The translations under genes and the position numbers were made by a program. The notes below the pieces were generated by a model. That model was not told the origin of the DNA, did not search any database, and worked only from the letters and a program-made list of their open reading frames with translations. A stretch of DNA of 63,731 nucleotides, counting the filler, from Octopus bimaculoides (Eukaryota): assembly GCF_001194135.2 (NCBI RefSeq). It is 5 parts of 5 records of this genome, joined end to end, with 100 filler letters (N's around TTAATTAATTAA, not from the genome) between each part and the next. Parts side by side here need not be neighbours in the genome. Positions count along the whole stretch, not along the records: positions 1 to 17,186 come from NC_069002.1; 4 more parts are not named here. One strand, given 5' to 3'. Shown here piece by piece: positions 1 through 11,470 of this stretch. Position 1 is the stretch's first letter, and the number at the start of each line of letters is the position of its first letter.

Positions 1-704
1 ATATACATATACACCTTTGTATATGTGTATGAATTTATTTATATGTGTGTGTGTGTGTGTCTAGCTTTATCAGTATGCAAAACAGACATCTGAAAGGCCG
101 CCACGTATATTTATGTATATGTATGTTTTTATTGATTTGTTTGGAAGCTAAATACATATGAAATAGACTTCACCACTCTTATCTTGTATTCCTATATCTA
201 AATGCATCTTCCTCTCTCCCCTGCTCGACCCCCACCCTGTTCTCATCCTGTCCTTCTCTCTCACACACTCACACATAGGTACTCCCTCTTTTCTCCTTTT
301 AATACAAGAACACAAGTACATGCTCTCTGATTCTGCCTTCATCTATATCTCCATCTATGTATGTGTTTGTGTATGTATGTGCAACTATATATACATATAC
401 ACACAGAGAGAAGGATATAGGCTTTTGTATCTATACATGCATACACACAGGCACACAAAGACACACCTAGACGCACATAGACACATGTACACGTACATAT
501 ATATATAATATACCCACCTTGGGATACTTAGTGAAAAGGACAATAACGCCTTTTTGTAATTTAATAGAAAATCTACAGAAATTATCAATTAATCATGATT
601 GTTGTCTTGGTAACCGAATTAACTATTATAACAGGAGTTCCTTCCATTGTATCACTTTGATGTATATATATATATATATATATACATACACACACACAAA
701 CACG

Positions 705-752
<48 letters not shown>

Positions 753-792
753 CTTACATATGCAATTATATTTATATATATACATGTATATA

Positions 793-877
<85 letters not shown>

Positions 878-1300
878 TGTGTGTGTGTGTGTGTATATAA
901 GTTCTATTTCATTGTAGTTGTTGTTGAATTGTATTAATTTGTTATTGTATGATGTTACATTGCTATTGTATTGGCATAATGTAGTTTATTATTGTATTTA
1001 TACTGTGTTGTTGTTGCTTTCTTTTCATTGTGTTCTTACTTTGTTTCTCTCTTGTTTTGTTTTTGTTTTTTTTGTATTGTCTTATTGTACTCAATATTTT
1101 TGTATTTAATAATTTTATTAATTTCTCGTGATATTACATATTATATTGTACTGTATCATACTATAGAACCTTGTTGCTTTGTTTTATTACAATTTTGCAT
1201 TATGTAATAATATTGTCATGTATTGTATTGTTATGGTATAATTCTGTGTTGTTACTTCATTGTATTTTGTTAAATACAGTGTGACTATAGATTATCTTTA
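1..1300. repeat. Low-complexity block: (TA)n, (TG)n and TTG/ATT-rich degenerate microsatellites
   Basis: Long (TA)n runs at about 661-870, TG/CA dinucleotides, then a TGT/ATT-rich tract. The overlapping ORFs are YI/CV repeats. Confidence 0.9.
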
Positions 1301-1760
1301 CAACTTCCATACTTTTAAACTCCATATTGTAAAGAGGTTTTATGGACACCCTATAATATTATGTTGTTACGCTACAATATTGTATTGTTACTGAAGGGAT
1401 ATTTTTGGTTGCAGTTACAAATTTGGAAATTTCAACATCAACTGAAAATTTTCGAATTTGGTATATTGATGTAATTTTTTATGCTGAGTTCAAATTTGGG
1501 ATTTATTTGTTCCTAAAAAAATTTAGGAAAATGTTACAAAGGTTCAAAGTTTGACAATTTTTTAGTCCAATTAGAAGACAAGTATCAGAGGTTGTGCATT
1601 TTCTGCATGATAGCTGTCTTTGAGAAAATGATGGACAGAAATAACAACGGGCACAAAATGATATTGCACGTCAAAACTTGTGCAGGTGGTTTCAGTGGTG
1701 AAAGCACCACAGTTGTCTGCCCTGTCTTCATTATAACAAGGATGCTATACTGCAAAGTGT

Positions 1761-2143
1761 GGAGGCGCAATGGCCCAGTGGTTAGGGCAGCGGACTCGCA
1801 GTCATAGGATCGCGATTTAGATTCCCAGACCGGGCGTTGTGAGTGTTTATTGAGCGAAAACACCTAAAGCTCCACGAGGCTCCGGCAGGGGATGGTGGCG
1901 AACCCTGCTGTACTCTTTCACCACAAATTTCTCTCACATTTTCCTCCTGTTTCTGTTGTGCCTGTAAGTCAAAGGCCTTGTCACACTGTGTCACGCTGAA
2001 TATCCCCGAGAACTACATTAAGGGTACACGTGTCTATGGTGTGCTCATCCACTTGCACGTTAATTTCACGAGCAGGCTGTTCCGTTGATCGGATCAACTG
2101 GAACCTTCAACGTCGTAAGCGACGGAGTGCCAACAACAACAAC
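1761..2143 (+). mobile_element. tRNA-derived SINE (family D, (AAC)n tail), full length with candidate TSD
   Basis: Head GGAGGCGCAATGGCCCAGTGGTTAGGGCAGCGGACTCGC...GATTCCCAGACCGGGCG has A- and B-box-like motifs. Tail is (AAC)4. Flanks TATACTGCAAAGT (1746-1758) and TATACTGCACAGT (2146-2158) match 12/13. Confidence 0.85.
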
Positions 2144-2589
2144 TATATACTGCACAGTCATGTAGTACAGTGTCCTTGTTACAATGAAGGCGAGGTAAAC
2201 TACAGCTTTGCTTGTTACTATGGAAACAGTCACCAATGTGAAATTTATGGTCATGTGTGTATAATGGTAGCTTTTGATTGGCTAAAATTACTCAAAATTT
2301 GCAAACTTTAGAAGCTGTTAACGCTTTATTTATTCGTTTATGACAAAAATGAATTTCATTTTCATAATTAGCATACAAAACTAAACTGGGAAAACCAAAT
2401 TTGAAAAAATTCGGACAAAATTGAATAAAAATATGAGATCTGTGATAGCAACCAAAAAATATTCTGCAGAATTTTGATATTGTGGTTTATTTTGCAGTTA
2501 TTGGATATCATGCCTTGATATCATGGAATAGTTGTAAACAAGAGTTACTGTTATACAACAGTGTGTCATTCATTTCTTGTCTATCATGA

Positions 2590-2818
2590 AAACATGTGCA
2601 GCCAAGGGGAGATAATACCTAATTTAGAAACAGCGAAGGGTTGGAGACAGGGCGAGCATCCAGCTGCAGAAAATCTACCTCAGAAAATTCCATTTGTCTG
2701 ACCCACGTAAGAATAGAAACATGGAAGTTAAAACAATACTGTTGTTGCTGATGATGTTGATTGATGGTGACGATGATTGATGATTGATGATTGATGATGA
2801 TGATGATGATGATGATAT
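2590..2818 (+). mobile_element. (GAT)n-tailed interspersed element, variant body (family A-related)
   Basis: GGGTTGG...AGGGCGAGCATCCAGCTGCAGAAAA...GACCCACG...GTTAAAAC followed by (GAT)n. Shares the 3' module of family A. Confidence 0.6.
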
Positions 2819-2849
2819 CATAGTGTGTTGTTATTATATTGTAATGGCT

Positions 2850-2991
2850 TAAGATGGCAAGCTGGCAGAACCGTTAACATGTCGGATGAAATGCTCAGCA
2901 GCGTTTTATCTGTCTTTATGTCCTGAGTTCAAATTCTACCAAAGTTAACTTTGCCTTCCATCCTTTCAGGATCAATAAAACCAATACCAGT
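2850..2991 (+). mobile_element. tRNA-headed SINE family B, 3'-truncated
   Basis: GGCAAGCTGGCAGAACCGTTA...CTGAGTTCAAATT...TTTGCCTTCCATCCTTTCAGGATCAATAAA matches the other family B copies. Confidence 0.8.
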
Positions 2992-3030
2992 CAATCAAAT
3001 ACGGAATCGATTAATACGTATGATTTCTGA

Positions 3031-3249
3031 TAAGGCAGCAAGCAGGCAGAACTGTTTAGCATGCTGCGCAAAATACCTAACAACATTTTGTCCATCTCTA
3101 CGTTCTGAGTTCAAATCCCACCAAGGTCGACTTTGCCTTTCAGCCTTTCGGGGTTGATAAAATAAGTACCAGTTGAATACTGGAGTCAATGTAATCGACT
3201 AGTCCCATCCCTTCCAAAATTGCTGGCCTTGTGCCAAAATTTGAAACCA
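3031..3249 (+). mobile_element. tRNA-headed SINE family B, full length
   Basis: TAAGGCAGCAAGCAGGCAGAA head, GAGTTCAAATCCC B-box, central GACTTTGCCTTTCAGCCTTTCGGGGTTGATAAAATAAGTACCAG, tail GGCCTTGTGCCAAAATTTGAAACC. Confidence 0.85.
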
Positions 3250-3339
3250 TTTTTATTAAATATCGTTCATTTGATAACAGTTACAGTCTTCTTTATTGCT
3301 TCTTTACTTTCTAGAGGAGTAACTTCAATCCTATAAATA

Positions 3340-3372
3340 TTCTTCTTCTTCTTCTTATTATTATTATTCGTT

Positions 3373-3409
<37 letters not shown>

Positions 3410-3560
3410 CCGCAGCAGCAATGATATTTGACTCTCATTATGTGAAGACATTGTTTTTCTTCCTTCTGCAAGACAAGATTTATTCTTTGGAATACTTGCA
3501 GAAAAACAAAACAAACTCTAATTACCAAAAAGAAAGCTTGCCTTCGGTACTCTGACATAG

Positions 3561-3605
<45 letters not shown>

Positions 3606-3640
3606 GCAGCAGCAGCAGCAGCAGCAACGACAATAACAAC
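3340..3640. repeat. Trinucleotide microsatellites (TTC/TTA/TAG, CAA/CAG)
   Basis: (TAG)n at about 3378-3408; (CAA)n and (CAG)n at about 3560-3630. Confidence 0.85.
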
Positions 3641-3879
3641 GTTTTGTTTCACAAATTGTTTAGAAATTTTATTTTCGCACATAACATTTTCATATCCAAA
3701 ATCATTACTAAACTTTATAATGACCAAAAATAATGGTTGGGGGTGAAAAAAAGGGTATGAAATCACAAACCTCAACCTGAATGTTCTAGAAATTGAACAG
3801 TTTACTGAACAATTAATGGATGATGGCGGGGAACTCCAAATGGACAAATAACATTGTTAAAATAAATTATCTTTCAGGG

Positions 3880-4166
3880 GAGTACTGATACCATGTAAAA
3901 AGCATCCAGTCCACATTGTAAAGCGGTTGGCATTTGGAAGGGCATTCAGCTATAAAAACCTTGCCAAAACTGACCTCGCCAGTGTTTGTGCCATGTAAAA
4001 TGCACTCAGTCCACTTTGCTGGGTGGTTGGTTTTAGGAAGGGCATCCAACCATAAAAACCCTGCCAAAACAGACACAGAAGTCTGGTGCAGGTTTCTGCT
4101 TGTTCAACTCCTGTCAAACCATCCAACCCATGCCAGCATGGAAGGTGAATGTTAAACAATGATGAT
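3880..4166 (+). mobile_element. Family A (GAT-tail) element with internal tandem duplication
   Basis: The module GGTTGG..TTAGGAAGGGCATCCA..TAAAAACC occurs twice (about 3925 and 4025). Ends CCATGCCAGCATGGAAGGTGAATGTTAAACAATGATGATG. Confidence 0.75.
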
Positions 4167-4169
4167 GGC

Positions 4170-4310
4170 CAGTTGACTGCATCAACCCTGGTATTTGACT
4201 GGTAGTTATTTTAGTGAATAGCAAAGTGGAATTTAAAATATAAAGACAGATGAAATGTTGCTAAGCATTTTGTATGGCATGCCAATGGTTCTACCAAATC
4301 ACCATCTATT
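4170..4310 (-). mobile_element. SINE family B, degenerate
   Basis: Reverse complement of the B core (ACCCTGGTATTTGACTGGTAGTTATTTT...GCAAAGT...GACAGATGAAATGTTGCTAAGCATTT). Confidence 0.6.
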
Positions 4311-5789
4311 TTAGTAATAATAATTTATTATATTTAAGGACAGAGAACCACTCAGGGTTTATATTTTTTTTAATTATTATTATGAGAGGTTTTTTTCTTA
4401 TGAGTTGAGAGAACATATGAAATAACATTTCCATATAATCCTTTTTTCTTTTCATTTTAAGTGCCCTGGTGTAGTTGTAGATAATGTCACAGTAAGAGAC
4501 ATTGGAAATGATGCCAAACCATGGTTAATTATTACTTTTGTTTGGCAGTGGTTAAAGCTGAGCGAATGAAAGAGTTTATGCAGTCAGGGAATGTCAAAAT
4601 AAATTGCAAGTCCCCATGCCACCCCAACAAAGGCCATAGAGCTATACACCATACTAGATGTGTTTAGGAGGAGGCATTGGGACAAAGGATATGATATTAA
4701 TGATACAGGGTAGTCAGCTGGATGACTGCTTTTGTCAGAGTAAAACACAGCTCAGAGCTGAAAGACTAGACAAAGAAGAACAACAACAAAGACAATGAGG
4801 ATCAACTGGCAACAACAAAAGCAAAAAGAACTTGGTTACCTTAGCCTCACCTGCCAAAAGTCTGGGAGTGGTCAGCACAGTATGTTTTTGCCCAGTATCA
4901 GAAATAGATGACTAAATGCCTTATCCTTTAGAAGTACCAGGTGTAGCACCACACCATCGTCATGAGATTGAGAAAGAAATAATCATTGCAAAATGGTCAG
5001 TGAGATAACAAAATGTAAAAGAGGCAAAAACCACACACACACACACTCACACACACAAAAAGAAGGCTAAACATAAAATAATGGAAATAGGTGAGGTAGA
5101 ACAATTTCATGGAAATTATATTGATAACCTCCTTAGGCAAATGATGTAAAAAGTAAGAGGTTGAAGATTGAATAGTTTGTAAAAAAATCAAAGAAACAAA
5201 AATTAGACAAAATTGCACATCTATGATGCCATAGACGTTTTGAAGGAATTACAGTGATACAGAAATAGTTAGACACACCCTATAAAATTACCCTATTAGT
5301 AAAATTAACACTAAGACAATACACAAAACAGAAAGAGATTACCCTCAAGATATTGAAGATATTTAAGATTATGTCTTTCAAAAATGCTTACTGGTGCATT
5401 TTGTTGCACTCACAGACAATTTGAGAAAATAGTTGATATATGGGATTGATGTATGTACTTTTCCTCTCAATAAATCATCACATCACTTCATGCCTTAGAC
5501 ATTAAGTGAAATAAGAGATTCTTTACTTGAAAAACAGGTAAAGGTTAGCATCAGTAAGAGCATCCAGCTGTTAAACAATGCCTCAATAACATATTCATTT
5601 AACTCATGCTCGCACAGGAAAACAGATGCAAAAACAAACAAAAACAGTATAACAAATCATTCCAAAATACTAATATTTTCCATTAATCTTCACATTTTTT
5701 TAACTGTAAGCCATATTTCTAGAAATAAAGCATTTTACAATATTTACATCTACATTTATGTTGTATTTTTCAACTGTTTTCATTGATTG

Positions 5790-5917
5790 TTGAAGAGCAT
5801 AGGCTCGAAATGTAAAAGACTTTTCTATTCTTTGCAAGCATTAAACTAATACACCTGCTTGTTGTTCCTACACCTGTCTTTGTTCTTTGCTTTCTGTAAA
5901 TTTGAACAATATATATA
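5790..5917 (+). mobile_element. Short interspersed element ending in (TA)n; possible Penelope pseudo-LTR remnant
   Basis: TTGAAGAGCATAGGCTCGAAATGTAAAAGACTTT resembles the CTGANGA...CGAAAC motif at Penelope-like element ends. Abuts (TA)n and a gap. Confidence 0.35.
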
Positions 5918-6317
5918 NNNNNNNNNNNNNNNNNNNNNNNNNNNNNNNNNNNNNNNNNNNNNNNNNNNNNNNNNNNNNNNNNNNNNNNNNNNNNNNNNNN
6001 NNNNNNNNNNNNNNNNNNNNNNNNNNNNNNNNNNNNNNNNNNNNNNNNNNNNNNNNNNNNNNNNNNNNNNNNNNNNNNNNNNNNNNNNNNNNNNNNNNNN
6101 NNNNNNNNNNNNNNNNNNNNNNNNNNNNNNNNNNNNNNNNNNNNNNNNNNNNNNNNNNNNNNNNNNNNNNNNNNNNNNNNNNNNNNNNNNNNNNNNNNNN
6201 NNNNNNNNNNNNNNNNNNNNNNNNNNNNNNNNNNNNNNNNNNNNNNNNNNNNNNNNNNNNNNNNNNNNNNNNNNNNNNNNNNNNNNNNNNNNNNNNNNNN
6301 NNNNNNNNNNNNNNNNN

Positions 6318-6604
6318 GATTTTCGAGCGAGATCGTTGCCAGTGCACCTGGACTGGCTCTTGTGCGGGTGGCACATAAAAGACACCATTTCGAGCGTGGC
6401 CGTTTACGTGCGGGTGACATGTAAAAGCACCCACTACACTCTCTGAGTGGTTGGCGTTAGGAAGGGCATCCAGCTGTAGAAACTCTGCCAAATTAGATTG
6501 GAGCCTGGTGTAGCCATCCGGTTTCACCAGTCCTCAGTCAAATCGTCCAACCCATGCTAGCATGGAAAGCGGACGTTAAACGATGATGATGATGATGATG
6601 ATGA
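6318..6604 (+). mobile_element. Family A (GAT-tail) element, CpG-rich copy
   Basis: ...GTGGTTGGCGTTAGGAAGGGCATCCAGCTGTAGAAAC...CCATGCTAGCATGGAAAGCGGACGTTAAAC(GAT)n; 3' palindrome CCATGCTAGCATGG. Confidence 0.85.
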
Positions 6605-6616
6605 TACATATATATA

Positions 6617-6820
6617 TCATCATCATCATTATCACTATCATCAATCATCGTTTAATGTCCGTTTTCCATGCTGGCATGGGTTGGTTGGTTTGACTAAGGT
6701 CTGGAGAGCCAGCAGCTCACCAGGCTCCAATCTGATCTGGCAATGTTTCTATAGCTGCAATGTTCTATAGCTAGGTTTCTTCCCCCATCCCACTTTCATC
6801 CTCATCCTCCTTCTCCTCCA

Positions 6821-6853
<33 letters not shown>

Positions 6854-7165
6854 TACCATCATCATTTAGCATCCGCTTTCTATGCTGCATGGGTCAGACA
6901 GCTTGACTGGAACTGGTACACCGGAGAGCTGTACCTGGGGTCAGTTTGATTTTGGCTTGGTTTCTATGGCTGGATGGCCTTCACCCTTACATATTTAATA
7001 TTTTGCATTTGACTAAATTATTATGGTCTAAATTTAATAAGAATGTCTAATGAAGGGCATCCAGCCATAGCAACCACACCAAAGCAGATATTGGCATTTG
7101 GTGCAGTCCTCATGCTTGCCATCTCTTGTGGAATTGGTCAACTCATACCAGCATGGAAAAGAGAA
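6617..7165. mobile_element. Cluster of three truncated family A 3' ends (about 6617-6770 minus, 6820-6980 minus, 7060-7165 plus)
   Basis: Repeated (CAT)n-GTTTAATGTCCGTTTTCCATGCTGGCATGGG motifs and the reverse form. Confidence 0.7.
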
Positions 7166-7187
7166 AATAAATAATGGTGAAAAGACA

Positions 7188-7488
7188 TTCGAGCGATTTT
7201 GTTGCCAGTACCGCTGGACTGACTCCTATGCAGGTGGCACGTAAAATACACCATTTTGAGTGTGGCCATTGACAGTACCACCTGACTGGCCTTTGTGCCA
7301 GTGGCACGTAAAAGCACCCTCTACACTCTCAGAGTGGTTGGCGTTAGGAAGGGCATCCAGCTGTAGAAACTCTGCCAAATCAGATTGGAGCCTGGTGTAG
7401 CCATCTGGTTCACCAGTCCTCAGTCAAATTGTCCAACGCATGCTAGCATGGAAAGCGGACGTTAAGCGATGATGATGATGATGATGAT
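7188..7488 (+). mobile_element. Family A (GAT-tail) element
   Basis: Same sequence as 6318-6604, with an internally duplicated GTTGCCAGTACC...GGCACGTAAAA module and a (GAT)n tail. Confidence 0.85.
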
Positions 7489-7949
7489 GGTTATAGCAAA
7501 ATGGATTCACACTCTATTCATTTATTTATCAACTAACTGCAGATTGCTTCTTCCAATGTGTTTTGTGTTGTCAATAATTTCAACATGGCCGATGCGCAAA
7601 CAGTGTTAGTATGGATTATTGTGTCTTTTTCCCCCTCTCCTTAGTGATTGTTTAGCATTAACAATTTTGTTAATAACTAATGTACACATCTAGGGATAAG
7701 AGACGTGATGACAATCAGAAATGAAACCAGGAGAAATGTCATGAAGATATAAATATTGGGAAAAATAAAGCTCATCTAAAAAGAGGAGATTAATTGGAGG
7801 CAAACATTTTATCTTGTCTACAACGACAACAGCAACAACTCATCGTCTTTCGTGTTATTTAGTTGAATCCATTTTAGTTGCAAACATTTAGAATAGGATT
7901 CTGGTTTCAATGCAATTTCTGCCCAGCAATCAATAGGCTTTGGTGTGAA

Positions 7950-8087
7950 TGTGTGATTGAGAACCAGTAGGTTGCTGGTTCAGTCCCACTGCACTGTATC
8001 ATAGGTAAGTGTCTTCTACTTTATCTAACCAAAACTTTGTGAATAGATTTATTGAAAAGAAACCATACAGAAGCCTGTAGAATATGC

Positions 8088-8100
<13 letters not shown>
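7950..8100 (+). mobile_element. SINE family C, degenerate 5' part
   Basis: GGTTCAGTCCCACTGC...GGTAAGTGTCTTCTACT...AAAACTTTGTGAATAGATTT matches family C. Confidence 0.6.
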
Positions 8101-8147
<47 letters not shown>

Positions 8148-8148
8148 C

Positions 8149-8490
8149 TGTGTGGTAAGAAGCCTGCTTACCAACCACATGGTTCTGGGTTCAGTCCCAC
8201 TGTGTGGCACCTTGGGCAAGTGGCACCTTGGGCAAGTGGCACCTTGGGCAAGTGTCTTCTAATATAGCCTCGGTCCAACCAAAGCCTTGTGAGTGGATTT
8301 GGTAGATGGAAACTGAAAGAAGCCTGTCATATATATGCATATATGTGTGTGTATGTATGTCTGTGTGTCTGTGTTTGTCCCCCCACCATCGCTTACAAAG
8401 AATAAGTCCTGGGGTCGATTTGTTCAACTGAAAGCGGTGCTCCAGCATGGCCGCAGTCAAATGACTGAAACAAATAAAAGAGTAAAGGAG
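8149..8490 (+). mobile_element. tRNA-headed, CORE-like SINE family C with an internal deletion
   Basis: TGTGTGGTAAGAAGC...GGTTCAGTCCCAC...CCTTGGGCAAGTGTCTTC...GGTGCTCCAGCATGGCCGCAGTCAAATGACTGAAAC. CCTTGGGCAAGT resembles the CORE-SINE motif. Confidence 0.85.
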
Positions 8491-8510
8491 TATATGTATA
8501 TATATATATA

Positions 8511-9378
8511 CACAGGGTGTAGTCAATAAACTGCTGTCTGAATTACACAAAAATGAATACAACACTGACATCTCATTTTAACAGATATATTTACCAAAAT
8601 TACATAAAAATATCTTGAAATACTAAAAAAGAGTAAATTTATTCAATAAAATCGCCATTGGCTTCAACCACAGCCTCCTGACGACTTCAGAATCTTCTGC
8701 AACTCTTCTGGATGGTCTCCTTGTTTAAGTTGGTGAATGCTGCCATAATCATTACCTTCAGTTCATCTTTGGTGTTACAAAGGAGTTTTGTTGGTCTCTC
8801 GCTCAACTGTGCCCCACCCATAATAATCAAGTGGGTTGCAGTCTTGGAAGTTAGGTGGCCAGATGTTAGGGGTGATGTGGTTGCAGAAATTGACTGACAT
8901 CCATGACTTGGTTCTCTTGCTTGTGTGGCATGTGCAGAGTCCTGTTGCCAGACATAGGGTCTTCTAGCAGTTACTGTCTTGATCCAGGGCAGCGCTACCT
9001 TCTTCAGGCACTTGATATAGGCCGCCGTGTTGAGTCTGAGGCCGTGTGTGAAGATGAATGGAGGCATAATGCCACTATCGCTAGTGATCACTCCAAACAC
9101 CATGATGTTGACTGGATGTTTGATTTTTATCACTCTCGGTACATGTCCTCAGATTGCACTGTCCTCAGATTGACACCCAAACACTCTGAAATGTTCGTAT
9201 TGGAACTTCCGGCGCAAATGCCAAGTAGTACAGCATGTCATTTCCAAATTTCTGGAATCTCACAGATGGTGCCCAACTGACCCTACTACACTGTGTAGCC
9301 GACAAAATCAAAAACAAACAATGTGCATGAGCAAAATTAAAAGTGTAATATGACAACAATTTTCCCACTGCAGCGTGT
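8511..9378 (-). mobile_element. Tc1/mariner (maT/DD37D-like) transposon remnant lacking the transposase N-terminus
   Basis: Minus ORF 8687-9133 reads KHPVNIMVFGVITSD..IMPPFIF..LNTAAYIKCL..LPWI..YVWQQDSA. After frameshifts it continues NIWPPNFQDCNPLDYY and NTKDELK..AAFTNLNKETIQK. Degenerate TIRs CAGGGTGTAGTCAATAAACTGCTGTC (8513) and its counterpart at 9352-9378 (17/26), in TA context. Confidence 0.85.
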
Positions 9379-9639
9379 ATATCTTATCTATGAAAGGCAG
9401 ATTTTCTGTGTGTGTGTGTGTATGTTGAAAATTCATACATTTACACAATTCCAAATTTCTTGAATGAAAGAATCGGAATTAATATTCTAAATACCATAAC
9501 TTAGGTCACAGCGTCATTTTTCCGTCAAAATAACACACAATTACGAATAAAATCCATTAAACTCCACAAAATACCATTTTTCCCCCTAATAGAATCTAAT
9601 TTCCTCTTTCTACTACCTTTACAAATCCTTTCAACTCCT

Positions 9640-10130
9640 AATTTCTCTTATGAACCTTTACGAACGATCCAACAACAAATAACAGTAGATGCGGCACTTT
9701 TGTTGTTGTTAGTGTTGGAAGTGGAGTGGGGTATGGTGGTGGTGGTAATGGTGGCGGTGAGTTGGTGGTGGTGGTGGTGGTGAGTTGGTGGTGGTGGTGA
9801 GTTGGTGGTGATGGTGATAGCAGCAATAGTGGTATGGCGATGATGATAATGATGATGATGATGATGGCAGTGGTGGTAGTAGTGGCAGTAGTGGTAGTGA
9901 TGGTGGTGGCAGTAATGACAGTGGTGCCGGTAGAAGTAACAGAGCTCACTGAGTTGATGACGATGATGGTGATGATGACAATGATGATGATAACGATGAC
10001 GACAGTGACGGTGATAGTGGTGTTGGTGATGACAGCAGTGATGATGATGATGATGAAAATGATGATGATGATGACGACGACGATGATGATGATGATGATG
10101 ATGATGACTATTACCATGATGGTCATGAAA
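9640..10130. repeat. Compound trinucleotide microsatellite (GGT/GAT/GAC)n
   Basis: Continuous GGT, GAT and GAC triplets. The poly-His/Met/Ile ORFs come from the repeat. Confidence 0.9.
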
Positions 10131-10605
10131 GATCATGTAGAACATCACAAGAGCCTATCCCCTTCTATCGTCTACATTTCATAAAAAGCAAAAACCAAAA
10201 ATAAACTCCCAAAATCCCAAGAAAAATAATTTCCTCTCAGACATTTCAATATTTTTAAACGTAGAATTTCTGTTTATCCCCTTGTATTTTATGGGGGTGT
10301 TTTTTTTCTTTTTTTTCCTTTTTGGCACTGTATCTTTCCCTCTGGCACCAGATTGGATGTGAGACGACTCATGGAACACTGCCAGATTTATTGCAAAATT
10401 ATTTCTTAGGCTGACATTTTAATATAAAACGCAGTGGAATGCATGTGTTGCATATTTTGCAGTTATGCATTTCAAATAGGATTGAGTGGAAGATACAAGA
10501 ACGAGATTAAACAAAACGAGCGAATGTTAAGTCTGCATGTGGCTGTATACATGTGTACATGTGGGTGTATATATGTCTAAATATATGTCTAAATATCCTT
10601 TGATT

Positions 10606-10999
10606 TCTTTCAGCCATTTGACTGTGGCCATGCTAGAGCACTGCCTTTAGTCAAACAAATCGACACCAAGACTTATTCTTTGTAAGCCTAGTACTTATTC
10701 CATCAGTTGTTTTGCTGAACTGCTAAGTTATGAGGGCATAAACACACCAATATCGGTTGTCAAACTATGGTGGTGGGGGGAAACAAACACAGATACACAA
10801 ACACACACACACACACACACACATATGTATATACAAGGGGTTTCTTTCAGCTTCCATCTACCAAATCCACTCACAAGGTTTTGGTTGGCCTGAGGCTATA
10901 GTAGAAGACATTTGCCCAAGGTGCCACACTGTGGGACCGAACCCAGAATCATGCGGCTGGTAAGCAACCTATTTACCACACAGCCACGCCTGTGCCTAT
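10606..10999 (-). mobile_element. SINE family C, full length
   Basis: Reverse complement of family C from TTTCAGCCATTTGACTGTGGCCATGC to TTGCCCAAGGTGCCAC...ACCACACAGCCACGCCTGTGCC. Confidence 0.85.
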
Positions 11000-11470
11000 A
11001 TATACGTGCATATATATATNNNNNNNNNNNNNNNNNNNNNNNNNNNNNNNNNNNNNNNNNNNNNNNNNNNNNNNNNNNNNNNNNNNNNNNNNNNNNNNNN
11101 NNNNNNNNNNNNNNNNNNNNNNNNNNNNNNNNNNNNNNNNNNNNNNNNNNNNNNNNNNNNNNNNNNNNNNNNNNNNNNNNNNNNNNNNNNNNNNNNNNNN
11201 NNNNNNNNNNNNNNNNNNNNNNNNNNNNNNNNNNNNNNNNNNNAAAGGAGGCCACTAGGTGGACTGCTAATGTGCTAGAAGTTTCAACCATTTTTATATA
11301 TTTTTATATATACATATACAATAATCCTTTGAGATCTCAGATATTTTTTCTGAATCTCCCTGATTCTTTTAATGTGCTTGTTACCTGGTATTAAATTGAT
11401 ATTAATTAATATCCAATTTTTTACCCTATTGTTTAATTTATATATATACACATATATATATATATGCATA

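Noticed and set aside
1761-1835. tRNA gene
   Set aside because: The cloverleaf is imperfect and it continues into a SINE body and tail with a TSD. The same applies to the family B and C heads.
3755-3850. Protein-like stretch YEITNLNLNVLEIEQFTEQLMDDGGELQMDK*
   Set aside because: In-frame stop just upstream and no usable acceptor.
5770-6527. Long ORFs containing X runs (also at 11, 12-13, 39, 55 and 56-57 kb)
   Set aside because: They only read through N gaps.
6510-6545. CTGAGGA-CTGGT-GAAACCGGAT inside family A elements (minus strand; also about 17440 and 25060) looks like a hammerhead core
   Set aside because: No helix II closing pair, the triplet is GAU rather than NUH, and helix I does not form.
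9638-10184. Long poly-His, poly-Ile/Thr and poly-Met ORFs
   Set aside because: Open in several frames on both strands because of (GAT/GGT)n repeats; no splice or domain evidence.
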